Positions 1-13,115 of a DNA stretch of 60,000 bases are shown piece by piece (positions within the stretch are counted from its first letter, which is position 1; each line of letters starts with the position of its first letter). Made by a program: the position numbers and the translations under genes. Where the stretch lies: contig NC_087250.1 in assembly GCF_037042905.1 (NCBI RefSeq), positions 6,016,001 to 6,076,000 of the forward strand. The letters are read 5' to 3'. The notes beneath the pieces were generated by a model, which saw only the letters and a program-made list of their open reading frames with translations, was not told the DNA's origin and did not search any database. Source of the stretch: Lytechinus pictus. Taxonomy: Eukaryota.

Positions 1-203
1 CAAATTATCGGGGCAGAAAATATATTTTTTCAGTTCGCGCGTCGAGCTGGCATTAGTGATCAGTGAGATTATGTTTTTAATGACATTCATTCTATTCACA
101 GCAATATATTATTAAACATAGCCGCATGAATTATAGATAGGTCTATAGTTATCAGGTGAATAATTTACCGCTACACACTGATCATGTGGATACTGTTTTG
201 TAA

Positions 204-686
204 AGGGGAATTTCACCTTGATAAAAAGATTGTGAAAATATAGGCCAAATAAAAATAATTTCAAAACATCGGTGAAGGTGTTATTAAAAAAAAATGGAGT
301 TAGTAGAATTTCGAATGCTTGATTTGTGACGTCATAAACGAGCAGTTGCTCAATATTCTATGTAATACAAAATGCAAAAATTTCCCATTTTTAATGGTCC
401 GTAATGACCCACTTTTTTCTTTTTGGAGAGAGTATGAAGTTATCTATTGATATACTGAATGTACAATAAAAGTCATTATCACGTATTTCTTGACATTTCA
501 TTTACTTTTTACCATAATTATATCCGATATAGCTGCTCGCAAAGGCCTACGCCGTCACAAATAATTATTTAAAAAATCTCACCTTTAATTTTTTTTTGGT
601 GGGGGATGGATTTTTCCTGAACGCATACCAATTTTTCAAATTATTTTTTCTGCTATTTTCATAATTAACTTTAAATAAATTCACCT
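204..686. mobile_element. Degenerate palindromic MITE (AGG...CCT, Kolobok-like)
   Basis: Begins aaaggggaatttcacc. Internal arms gatttgtgacgtcataaacgagcagttg and agctgctcgc...cgtcacaaat are inverted. Layout resembles the better-preserved copies at 27050 and 34833; ends are decayed. Confidence 0.4.
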
Positions 687-736
687 ATGCACTACTTAAT
701 TTTTTCAAAGACAAAATAACAAAATTACATCTAGTC

Positions 737-796
737 TTCATCATCACCATCATCACCAACTTCATTCTCATCATCATCACCACTACCACCATCATT

Positions 797-830
<34 letters not shown>

Positions 831-884
831 CCGCCACCATCACCAACCCATCATCATCACCAAGATAATTTTCATCATCATCAT
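737..884. repeat. (CAT)n/(CAC)n microsatellite
   Basis: Run of catcatcat with cac variants read directly. Confidence 0.95.
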
Positions 885-2065
885 CTTTCTTTTTTTTTCT
901 TTTTTTTTCCCCTTCCCTTCTTCTTTTTTTCCTTCCTATTTTCCTCCCTTTTTAGAGGGGCACACCACCAAATAAATATGTTTGTTGTTGTTGTATATAA
1001 GTTGGCGGATGCCTCATGAAATGAAATAAAAGAGAAAATAAGGAAATGGAAAAAGTAAGAAGAAGGATAAGAAGAAAAAAAGAAAGCCAAACAAACAAGA
1101 CAAAATAATATCAAAATTTTGTAATAAAGTCAGTCAGTTTAATAATTATGTTTTCAATGAAATGAGACATAAAAGAATTGAAACAAGTAAAAAGGGCTAC
1201 ATCATAGTTAAAAGAAATAGAGGGAAGCTCCGAGACAATAAAAAGTGTAAAAAAAATCAGAAAAGACTTTGAAACACTCTGAACACGAGTATAATATAAA
1301 AAAAATTGGGAATAAGCGAGGACAAGTAGGTGAGGGACCCCCCCCCCCCCCTCTCTAGTTATTTACTCAAACTCGCATATACAAGAGAAGAAATTCTTAC
1401 TAATCAAAATATTGCGAGCAAAAAGCATGAGCTGACATTTTTTTTAATATTCAAAACTGATAGAGAGACACATTTTGAACAATTCATGAAACATAATAAT
1501 CATTCATTATAGTTACCAATCGGATTGTGACAAGATCTGAGAATTAGAAATTCATTAAAAGCATAAAATTGTATAACATTAAAATAAGACGGGCGCAACG
1601 CATGAGCTAAAGCTTTATATACCAATTAAAAATTTGGACATTTTTAGCGCTTTCGGTAGTCATGAAAAAGATTCATATTTCATGAAAGCTCAAATCCCGA
1701 GGAGGAATATTTTTTATTAATTGACTTAAAAAAGGCTGTTCTAATTAAGCCCCATTTAATATTTGATTACAAGTCTCGTTAAACAGTAAAAGAGGAAAAA
1801 ATAAAGCATATTGTGTTCCTCAATTCTCTTTCTCTTTAACCCTATTTTTTTTTTATTTTTTATTTTTTTTTTTTTGGGGGGGGGAGGTATTTTGGTTTAA
1901 AAAAAAGAGAAAAAACGATAATTGCTGGCTAGTGGGTGTATAGTGGTAGGGACACCCCGCCCCCCCCCCCCCCCGTAGTTACGCAAACATGGGACCAAAT
2001 GATCCTACTTGTTCCAAGGCGAAACTTGTGCAATCAATTAAATGTTATTTTTGAGAAAATTAAAG

Positions 2066-2895
2066 CTTGCGCTGTTTAAATTCAATCTCTTTTACCTAAA
2101 TTTGCGATGAATGCTAGCATTATGAAATATATAATTATCAACGTCTGGCGAAAAGAATAACCAACCGATCAGCTGACGAGAACGCGTATCACGTGATCTG
2201 CATATCAGCTTCGATCGCGAGTCAGACGTGAAGAGCAACTGGCAATAAAATCTGGAAAAAGTCGTCAAAATGTAAGTTCCCCTTCATTTCTTTCAATTTT
2301 TTTTATTGCTAACAATGCTTTAACTTTCTTAAACAAAAATTTAATGAATAGACAGTACGATAGCTCGTACTTGTGTTATAATACACAAATAATCATCTTC
2401 ACAAAGATTTCTGACACAAAATACTACAGATGTCGCCTATGAGGTCCATACATGTAATGTTTGGACCTCATTGGTACCACTCCTAGTACCAATGAGGTCC
2501 AACATTACATGTATGGACCTCATAGGCGACATCAGTAGTATTTTTGGTTAGAAATCTCTGAGAACAGGATATTTAGGCAATTATATCACAAGTACAAGCT
2601 ATATTCCTTTCTCTTATTTAAATTATAATTTTATAGTGTAAATGCATCGTTAGCAACAACAAAAAATGAAAGAAATGAAGGGGAACTTACATTTTCACGG
2701 CTTTTTCCTGATTTTCTGGGCAGCTGCTCTTCTCTTCTGACTCGCGATCGAAGCTGATATGAAGATCACGTGATTCGCGTTCTCGTCAGCTGATCGGTTG
2801 GTTATTCTTTTCGTCAGACGTTAATAATATATATTTTATAATGCTAGCATTCATCGCTAATTTAGGTGAAAGAGATTGAAGTTAAACAGCGCCAG
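2066..2895. repeat. ~830-bp palindrome (two ~410-bp inverted arms, 8-nt spacer)
   Basis: gcgctgtttaaattcaatctc... at 2069 is mirrored by ...gagattgaagttaaacagcgc at 2892. Centre reads ttggacctcattggtac-cactccta-gtaccaatgaggtccaa (2461-2502). Confidence 0.92.
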
Positions 2896-4551
2896 GTCGG
2901 AATCATAATTATTTTGGAAGAGTGTATTTATACACTCGATCTCATACCTGACGTAGACGGCGCTATTCAACAAATGCACAATCTTCAATATAAAAAATAA
3001 AACAGAAAGAACGCCTTGAACACAGGCCAAAATGCCTAACGATTTATCCGCGGCATTAACAACTATCGTAAAGGGCGCTCCATTTATCAATAAAGATGGA
3101 CGCTAAGCTGTCTATGGCGACAAAATTTGCCGCAAATATTTACGAAGAATTGTGAGAAATGGTCTGAAAATGCAACAAAAGAACCGGTGAGTACCGATTA
3201 AACATTATTAAAGTTATAAATAGATTATACATACCTTGTAGATTTAGTTTTTAAGGTGATATTAGTGCTTAGTTCTAAGCTAGGGAGGCCCAAACGCGCG
3301 TGAGTGGAGTCCCAGTTTATTAGCACGGGTAAGTATTGGGGTGTCGCCTAGAGTGATTGGTACTAGGAGTGCCTACAAATACAATCATTTCCCCCCATTC
3401 CAGGCCAAATATTGCTAATCTTATTTCCCCACAGTACACAGGGAGTAGTAACACATAAACATCATTAAATGAATGGTCATGATGAGCATGAGCGTACAAG
3501 TACGACAATACTCTAAAAGAGGGATGTACTTTAAAGGTAAATTGTGACATTGGTTTATTTCAAAACTTTCTTTTAGATTTCACTCTTCGCTTTTCAAAAT
3601 ACTCATAAACAAGTTCTGAGTCCATAAAATGTATTGCATTGGCCAAAAGAACTGTTTTTATTCTCAAAAAAATATATAAAGAAGAGAAATTTTGCCAAGT
3701 GAGCTTTCTTTTGATGCAGATTTTGAAATTGATATAAAAAATGAAGAGCGCCACCTTGAGACCAAATGACATCAATACCTGCTCATGAATATTCATATCC
3801 ATCGCCTCTGCGCTTGTCTCACGTGCCGATCTGTATACCGGCTATACAGTACAGTATCGGATTGAACGGCGGAGTCTGTTTGCGACTTTTTCATTCATAT
3901 CCTGTAGGAGCGTGTGCATTCGCGCAGTCCCTCGACGGCAAATTAAATAACTTGGAAACAACCAAGGAACTTTTTTAAATGACCATCATAATAATTGTGA
4001 TGTTATACACGTTGTTTTTCAAATCGCGGAGAATAGGTCCTACGTACATCTTGATATCTGGGCAGAGTACCAGGTACCGAGAGACGGCTTCCTTCCCTTT
4101 CCTTGCTTTTCATCTTTGCTTCGTTTCTCTAGCTGTATTTTTTTTTCTTTACTTGTCCAGGGTATGAAGGGAGGGAGAATTATGGTTGCTTGTGAAAGGG
4201 CTATTCTTATTTTTTTTCCCGTTTTTTATTTCTATTTTATAATTATATTTACATACGCATTTTTGTTTCGATTCCGATTCACTGAATTGTTATCAATTTC
4301 TTCAGGTTCTGTATTTTGATTTGTTCATTATTATAACGTGTTGTAACATTTTTTTTAAAGGAAAAGGAAATCATTTTGTATTGAACTAGCTTTGCCGCCA
4401 TTCTTCATTATTTTGCTTTGTGCGTTATATAGGCCTATAAGATGCTCTTTCTCTTCCAGTGATTATTTGTCAATATACTGCCTCAATGTATTTATCACTA
4501 AAAAATGACAAATACCGCGTGGCCTATGCCTTTTTTTTTAAACAATATATT

Positions 4552-5282
4552 CTGGGGCGGATCCAGCTTTCACTAATAACGGGGCCGGGGTGAACAATAT
4601 TTTCATCCACATTTTTCCCGATCGATCGGCAGCTCAAAGCTAGTTTTTGTTGGAATCTATAGTCGTAACAGTACTAAACCCTATAAAAAATGCGAGCGTG
4701 AGGTATTATTTTCGGACTGTGTATTGTGTCCTGAAAATTGATCTGAGCAATATGATCATTAAACAAGATGCACACTGACGGATAAGGTGCTCAAAAATTT
4801 GAATAAGTAAAGGCCTATTTAGTTCCCTTGTTCGTTTTACTATAAGCCCTTCAACAATGTTTCCGTGTTTTGTATTACATTGATCAGTTAATATTTCTTT
4901 ATGTCTCATACTATTTCGATATGAATTATACCTTGTCATTGTACTTGTTACTATGATTTTATATACTAATAACTCTGAACTTGTGAACCTGTTTAACCAT
5001 GACTGAATGAATAAATCAATAAATGAATTGGTATAGATGAATAGATGTTCCATCGAACAGGCAATGCGAACACAAAGCGCGGGCTAAATTGTTTTTATAC
5101 ATGTGTAGTGACATGATTGGCTCCCACCCCTCCCCAAGTCTGAATTCCCCTCACCTTTTTTTATTCATTCTTCCTCTTATATTTTGCCCCCCCCCCCTCT
5201 GCTTTCGTTCATATTACTTTGCGCCGCCAATATCGGGGGGGGGGGGGGGGGGCGTAACGTCGGCCTCCTGGATCCGCCTATG
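4552..5282. mobile_element. hAT-like non-autonomous element
   Basis: Short inverted ends ctggggcggatccag and cctggatccgcctatg. No clean TSD seen. Confidence 0.5.
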
Positions 5283-5877
5283 ATACCGGTGCGTAGGTCT
5301 GTATGTTATAACCATGTAACATCGATCCCCCTCCAAGTTTCTCTTTGCATTTTTCGTTTCAACTTGTCATGGTAGTATACTGAACAAGTATGACGTCTCC
5401 TAGGTGCCTCTCCCTCCACCCACTCCTCCTCGGTCCGCTGCATGTGCTCGGATAATAAAATTACGTACTTATCATGGTGATATATATATAATAAAATTGC
5501 AAATTTTATTGCAAAAACTGCATTACTCGTGAATTTGTGTTTCGCATTTCTGATGTCTTATTAAATATTTATATATATATTCGAGGACATACAGCTAGGC
5601 GGAACTATTTGGGGGAAGGGGTCTTCCATCTCTGTGTGATTCCGAAGTTCCGATGATGGTTCAGAGAATGTACTTCATGCAAAATCACGTTTTGGCATGA
5701 CCTCTCAGCGCTGGGCATATCGACGGACAAAAAAATGCAAAAATGTGATGGATCGAAATGGTAAAAAATATACATTTTAAAGAAAACCATCGTTATAAAA
5801 TGCAGTCATACCAACATATTTTTGTTAATACCAGTTTGAACTTAGATAAAAATTATAACCCGAGGCTATATTAGCAG

Positions 5878-6863
5878 CAGGGGCGGCGGAACCGGGGGGC
5901 GGCAGGGGCACTTAACCCCCTACATAAAAAAATCCCAGTAGGAAAAAATGCCTTTTTTAAATGGAGAGTGCACTTATTTCAAAATGATGTACATGAATGT
6001 CCCTTTTCAAAATAAAATGCCCTTTTTGAAGTCAAACGATACATTTTAGGTTGGAAATCACAAAATTTTTGGCTCGCGCTTCGCGCCCACATCATTTATT
6101 TTTTAGGAAGGCACTCACTTTGTTTTGGTTACAACTTGTGCTTATAATGTTCAATTTTCAGGTTTAAATGTCACAAATCTTCAGCTCGCGCTTTCCGCTC
6201 GCATCAAAGGTACACATTATGCTCTTGGTTTCAAACTGCTTAGAATATCCAGTTTTCAGGTTGAAATATTACAAATTTTCGGCTCGCCGCGCTTCGCATC
6301 AATTATTATTTATTAAGACACACAATTAAGTTCTTGGGTTAAAAAAGTGCTTAGAATGTCCAGTTTTCTGGTTGGAATATCGCGCTCGCGTCCATTCTTC
6401 AATTAGATGCACATCTTTTTCATAACAAAATTGCTCGGAATGTTTGATTTTCATGTCTTATTAGTCATGTTAGTACAAGCAATGTCTAGAATTTATAGCT
6501 CGCGATTTGCGCTCTTAACACCTCGCAAGAATGCTCTTTTAACAATAATTTGCGCGATTTGACCAAAAAGCGGCGAGTTTCACAACTTCAGATTTGAAAA
6601 TGTTCAAACTGCTTGCTTGCTACGCTCGCTCCCGGAAAAATAAAGCCTAAATAGATATTTTATCAATCAGAAAAGACTTTAAAAAGGTTTTGCTCAATTA
6701 ATTACTACACAACGCACAACTACTTAACACAGATGATAATCTCATGGTGACAATATAAGTTTGCATAAAAAATGCAATTTTTTGCATATAAGTGCCTTTT
6801 TCGCTTTGTCCCCCCCCCCCCCAAAAAAAAAAAAAAAAATGAAAATACGTTCCGTCGCCTATG
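5878..6863. mobile_element. hAT-like non-autonomous element with internal GCTCGCGCTTCGCGCTCGCA subrepeats
   Basis: Inverted ends caggggcggcggaac and gttccgtcgcctatg, with periodic internal motif. TSD not preserved. Confidence 0.55.
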
Positions 6864-7224
6864 ATTCCGTCACCTATGGCACTCGCTGGTATTTGAATAT
6901 ATCATCATTTACACCCTCTCAAAGAAAGCAGACTTACTTTTGCCCTTTATTTTGCCCACAATGGAACTTACAGGAAAGCATATCAAACAGGATGCAAATG
7001 GAGGTCTATTCAGCCGGACGTTATTATACGCTTTGGAGTTTGGATTCTTGTTTGCCTAGAAAACGTAAAGTATTTCAAGAGTTTTTATATTTTCATTACA
7101 TCTTTGTCCTTATTTCTCTATATCCGTAGCTCTACCATGCGCGTATTCGGGGGCGCCAAAATAGGGAGAAAAGGGAAGGAAAGAAAAGGGGTTGAGGAAT
7201 TGCTGTTTGACATGGGGGGGGGGT

Positions 7225-7625
7225 GGATGCGCCGAATTGATGTTCAACCTAGAGTATGTATATAGCGGGTGCCGAATTTATGTTTTGCTTAGGGGCGCCG
7301 AATTGATGTTCGACCTAGGATGTGCCAAATTGATCTTCATCCTAGGGGGGGGGGGCGAATTAATGTTTTACCTCGGGGCGCCGTATAGATGTTCGACATA
7401 GGGGCACCGAAATGATGTTTAACCTTGGGGATGGGGCGCCGAATAATTATTTTTCCTATATACGGTTGTCGAGTTGCTGTTTGACATATAGGGGCGCCGA
7501 ATTGATGTTCAACCTAGGGGGTGCCGAATGGATATTCACCACACGCCAATTTGATATTTGTCTCGGTGCATCAAATTCAGGTTCAATTTACCTAGGGAGG
7601 GGAGGGGGTGCCAAACTCATGTTTG
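7225..7625. repeat. ~29-30-bp minisatellite (ggggcgccgaattgatgttcgacctagg)
   Basis: More than ten degenerate tandem copies. Confidence 0.85.
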
Positions 7626-7629
7626 CTCC

Positions 7630-8470
7630 CATCAATTACCAATCATGTTCATGATTACCAAAAGTGCCTATATAGAAAGTCCTAATTTTAGATCAGAATA
7701 TATAAACAAATTCATCCTACTCTTCGCATTAATTGTTTAGTAAGGTGGCGATCCTGTTCATGGTAAGATAAGTGCTTAGAATGTCTGACTTTGTATCAAA
7801 ATATATAGATTTTTATTCAGCTCGCGCTTCGCGCTCGCATAAACTGTTTTGTTACTGATCATCCTTTTCATGATAACCGAAAATGCTTACTCAAATGTCC
7901 AAATTTTAGGTAAGAATATGAAAAAAATTTCATCTCGCTCTTTGCGGACGCATCAATGTTTAGTTAGATGACAATCCTGTTCATGATTACCAAAAGTGCT
8001 TAGAATGTCCACATTTTAGGTAAAAATATCAATCACTTTTTAAGCTCGCGCTTCGCACTCGCACAAATTTACGAGGTCAGAATATCAAAAAATTTGAACT
8101 CGCGCTTAGCGCTCGCATTAATTATTTAGCTATATACCCATCCTGTTCATGGTTATAAAAAGTGCTTATGATGTCCAGTGTTGGATTGGGAATTCAAAAA
8201 TTGTCAGTTCGCACTTCGTGATCGCATAAAATGTTGATAGATACTCATCCTGTTCTTGATTGCCAAAAGTGCTCATAGATTTTTTCCCCTCAAATTTTAG
8301 GTCAGAATATAAAAAAAATTCAGCTCACGTTTCGCGCTCGTATCAATAATAATTGTTTAAATAATTCATATACATATCATGTTCACGGTTGCAAAAAGCG
8401 TAGAATGTTTGATCGGAAAACAGATGAAAATATCCCCCTCCCCTATTGGCGAAAGCTGGATCTAGCCCCG
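7630..8470. mobile_element. Right part of a hAT-like element with ~80-bp subrepeats
   Basis: Repeated cagctcgcgcttcgcgctcgcat...catcctgttcatgattaccaaaagtgcttagaatgtcc units, ending in gctggatctagccccg, similar to the ctggatccgccc TIR. Confidence 0.55.
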
Positions 8471-8895
8471 GTTAAGAAATTACAGCTCCCGCACATAATT
8501 TTAGTATGGTCTACCACTCTGATGAAAAGTTGAACTAAATTGAAACCCCAAAACGCTTAAAAATTCTATGCTTTCTGGTCGCATTTATTCTTTTCAAGAA
8601 GTGGATACAACTTTGATCTTTTTTTACATGGACACACTATGGACACATTAAAAAAAATGGTCTTCGATTGCCTTTTTCACGTGGTTGTGGAATAAGACAA
8701 TTCAAAATGCATTTAGGCACTTTGATTGCCTGAGTGGTCGAGTCGGGGTGCAATTTTCCGAAAAGTTCACAGGGTCGCAAAAATAGTGACCCCCTCGTGG
8801 TGCAAAATCCTGGATATGCGCATGTCCGTCGGGCATCGTTTCCACTTTTGTACCTCTTTATCTATACCGGTGTGATACTATATAAGTCCATGGAT

Positions 8896-9207
8896 CAGTT
8901 TACTTCCATTTCGTCTGATGCCAAATCGTCAAATTGCCAACTCGCCTACTATCATTAAAGTCTACCATAATTATGTTCATCCACTATCGTCTAGTAACCA
9001 GTTGGTCCAATAGCCATTCAGTCCATATACCATTTGGTCTAATTGGACAACGTGCTATTGTGCAAAATGAATGAAAATGAATTGGATACTGGACCAAATA
9101 GTTGTTCGACGAAATATTGATGGACGGAATGGATATGGACTAAATTAAATCAGACCATGTGGTGAGCGCAAGTTGGCACTTGGCAGTCGACGACTTGGCA
9201 ATTTACC
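8896..9207. mobile_element. Small palindromic MITE built of ~15-bp subrepeats
   Basis: Left ccatttcgtctgatgccaaatcgtcaaattgccaactcg is mirrored by gttggcagtcgacgacttggcaatttacc. Confidence 0.55.
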
Positions 9208-10302
9208 AATGGACCTACTAGGCCACTAAATTGAACTTGTCCGAGTGTGCCATAACACCTAAACTGCAGGCTTTCTCATATCCGATACCCCCCCCCCATC
9301 CCCGCCGCCCCAAGAAAGGGAAGGGGGGCATGGAGGAGAGAGAAGAAATAAAGAAAGAAGTAGATTGTTGAAAGGGAATCAAAATAATATGAATCAAAGG
9401 GAATGTAAACGCAATATCATACTCTGTTTGAATCGCTTCTCTTTCATGGAATTTATATTTTGAATAGATCAGTTTCATTTCAGTCTTTCTCATTATTTTA
9501 CTTTCAACCCTGTATTTCATCAGCTTTACTATCAAAAGCCTGCGTAGCGAATTACAAAACGTCCCATCCTTGTTTCACCACCCATGACATTACGTAATTA
9601 TCATTTTATTATTATCATGTAATGAAATTCATACTGTGTTTACACGCTGCATCTGCTGTCAGTTTGACTACCTTGTAAATATTTATTTACAAGGTAAAGC
9701 TTATTTCCAAGGTAATATTTATTTACAAGGTAAAGCCTATTTCCCCACTGGAAAATAGCTTTAGAGCTTTCGTGGGTCATCCTGTGTAAGCCTGTTGTTT
9801 TTAATGCTACTGTATATATATTATGGTGACTTGCGAAATAAAATCAATCAATCAATATTTTTTGACGATATCCAGTTGAAATCAGTGGCGTTCAAAATAA
9901 TGGGGAAGGATTGGGGCTATATGGATTCCCAAATTTGTCACGGCCAATACAAAAAGAAAGCGAGAAGGGGAACTAATATCTGAATATTATGTCAAAATCT
10001 ATCACCGATAAAAAATGATTTGTGCCCGACACATATATCTGGCCCCTTAATTCATATATTTTACGTTTATTATTTACGCCAATAGTTCAAGCAAGGTTCC
10101 TAACATCTTTCTGTATTTTTCGATGTTTACACAATTCCTAGCCTTGGGTTGGGGGTTGTGTGTATTCCTTATGTTCGCATTTTTTAATGTTATTTTTCTA
10201 TTTATTTCAATATTATCCTCTCCAACTTTATTATGGTATGACTATTCAAGGAATTATAATTACTCGTTTGCTTGCATGCTCCATGACCGCTTTGCCTTCA
10301 CT

Positions 10303-10853
10303 CCGGGGGGGGGGGGGGGGGGCACTTACATTGACGAGTGGATACCATGCGCGACCCCAAAAACACGTAAAAAGGATGTCTTTTTGTCAAAAACACAAAA
10401 ATATTTAAAAAAGGGTATCTATGTTGCTAGGAAAGCTACGTGTTTAGGGTAATATTTTCGGGGATGATGAAACAAAATTAAAATGTTTTATAAAGGATGT
10501 CCTTTTTGCCCCAACACTACGTGTTTAGAGTCCGACTTGCGCGAGTTGTGGAAGGTGCATGGGGCCGTACTAAACCAAAATAATGATGTGTAAAGGTAAA
10601 ACCAACGACCGACGGACCCGACATAACAATAAAATATCGCTGTACTTGTTTAGGGGTTCATTTCGGGAATACTTGCCAAGAGTATCGTTTTGTTTCCAAT
10701 ACTTGTTAAGGGTCGGTTTGAGACGCCAATACTTGTTAAGGGGTGCAGTTTGAGAATATGGAAAATACGTGTTTGGGTGCTTTTCGAGACCCCATGGTCG
10801 CGCATGGTATCCACTCGTAAATGGAAGTGCCCCCCCCCCCCCCCCCCCCCCGG
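10303..10853. mobile_element. MITE with CCGG(G)nCACTT TIRs and 8-bp TSD
   Basis: TIRs ccggggg...gcacttacattgacgagtggataccatgcgcgacc and ggtcgcgcatggtatccactcgtaaatggaagtgccc...cgg. TSD ccttcact at 10295-10302 and 10854-10861. Second family member at 30214. Confidence 0.93.
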
Positions 10854-12229
10854 CCTTCACTTCTCTCAGTGCGTATTCAGAACTATTACTGTATTCTCAT
10901 TGATCCCCCTGGAGTTGTAAAAAACCCATAAAGGCAAAATATTATATTTTCATCGGCAGCACATGTGCATTACATCATCATAAATTAAGTACATCAGGGT
11001 CCATGATCAGAAAAAGCGTATACCCATTAAACCTCGCCAGATGGGGCTTGCCCCAAAATAACAATTTTATTTTTGTCTCGTTTCGAAATTTCATTTTTAT
11101 TTTGGCTGCTATATGCTTCAAGCACATATTTGCTTACTGTATATAGTTTGCCTATGCATTTTACTCATTATATATATATTTTTTTATATATTGTATTTCT
11201 CCAGTCACTACATATACGATTGTCACTTGTATTATGATCATGTCTCAAGCATTGTAAATTTGTTTTGTATATTATTCCAATAAATGCAAAAAAATCCTGC
11301 AAAAAAAGCCACATCACCACATAGTTGAACCATTCCAACTATTTATACGATCAATACGATCGCCTCGACTGATCTGATACGATTAATTATTCCGCGATTA
11401 TAATTAAGGCCCTTGGAACCGGGGGTGCAAAGCACCCCCAAGATTTTACAATGGGGTGCGGCGTGCATTATTTTCCATGTAGGCAGCTCCCCCTGGAATT
11501 CTGGTATAGGTGTCGAATTGGATAAATGTAGGAAAATTACCAACATTTTGTATTGGAACCTTTTTTAATGTTTTTCTTTTGCTTTGTCAAATTTTCCTCA
11601 GCACCGCCACCAAAAAAAAAATCGTGACAGTGTGAACTTGGCACTTTTTTTTCAATCATAAAAAATGATTATATTATTTTCCCGCATGAGTCTTGAAATA
11701 TTGACACCTACGCCAGAATCTCTTTGGTCCTAATATGAAGCATAAATTTCCACGTCTATAAAACAACAGTTATCATTCGTTTTTCCTATAGTTATAGCAG
11801 GGAAATGGGAGTTACAATTCCATTGATAAATAAGTCTAAAATGTTATGCCAATCAAGATGCAAGTCCCGGATGCAAGTAATGTCTTTGTCCTGCTCATGT
11901 CGCAGTCATTCACATTTTTTCAACGGTTGAACTGCTCGTGCACACTCTGTATGCGTATAGGCCTTTCCCGGAGGCCTTTCTTCCTCTCATTTGTTGCTAT
12001 AAAATTTCATCTTTTTATCAATTCTTTCTACTTGTTTACTGTCTATGAAGGGGTAGCAAGTTGATCTCCCATGGGGTGCCCCTATCTATTGCTGCATCAT
12101 TTGTATCCATTTCTCTTTGACCATCCATTTCTTGGGAAAATACATCAATTGGATGATCCATTTATATATGCCTATCCATCCATTCTTTCAGTCATCCATC
12201 CACCGGTCGTGCTGATGGTTTGATTATAG

Positions 12230-12250
12230 CATGGACCTAATAGGTCCATG
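12230..12250. mobile_element. 21-bp CATGG...CCATG micro-palindrome (P-element-like ends)
   Basis: Sequence catggaccta-a-taggtccatg. Flanks attatag and attgtat match 5/7 as a possible TSD. Confidence 0.45.
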
Positions 12251-12922
12251 ATTGTATAAAGTATAAAGCGCCCTACTATATCATTATAGGCTACCCCCAC
12301 CCCCTCCCCATACTACATAAAAACTCGGCGACCCATGTATACACATTTCAAAGCAGACGTAATGTACATGCACAATTCCCTTGTACATGTTGCACCTTGC
12401 TGCTTCTCCAGGTTTGCTTAGTCTTCTTTCACATACGTTGTTGCACTTTGCCCCACGGCGTGCCTTGTAAAGTTCTGTTGTAAGACTCTACATGCTGGTC
12501 GTCCCTGGAAATCACAACTCTGAAGCACCGCGCAATACTCAACTTCTCATTTTTCCATATCTCGATGCAAGCTTTCTTGTGTGGATGCAAAAATAAGAGT
12601 TTTCCCAGAAATCTTGTCCCTGACGTCATGTCTGCCCCCCTCATTTTTTGACTCATGACGCCTTTACTCTGCTTGTTCGACCTTGAGCCGTTGGTCCCCT
12701 GGTTGCTTGCTCACAGGCATTCGTGCTTTCTTAGCAGTCAGGTAAAAACCTCGGCAACAGAAATAACAGAAATTAGCAACTTGATGCGTACGTTGGTCAC
12801 ATTCATGCTATCACGGTCTACACAATGTAGACTACACGTACGTACTTCGCATCAACAGGTTTCTCAGCTCACCTTTTGACCTCGCGAGTTCAATCTAAAC
12901 AAACGAAGAGTAGTCAAGTGTT

Positions 12923-13115
12923 GCATTGGGATTGTATCTTCGTTATCATACTATAGGCCTATATTTAACCCCGCATTGGGGTTGCATCTTCGTTATGTTT
13001 TACTATAGGCCTATATTTAACCCCGCATTGGGGTTGCATATTCGTTATGTTTTACTATAGGCCTATATGATTGCATCTTCGTTATGTTTTACTATAGGCC
13101 TATATTTAACCCCGT
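12923..13115. repeat. ~52-bp tandem repeat, ~3.7 copies
   Basis: Unit gcattggggttgcatcttcgttatgttttactataggcctatatttaacccc starts at 12923, 12973 and 13025, plus a partial copy. Confidence 0.92.

Noticed and set aside
2896..3192. Possible first exon ending at ccg|gtgagt
   Set aside because: No downstream exon or coding support was found, so it cannot be distinguished from TE-internal sequence.
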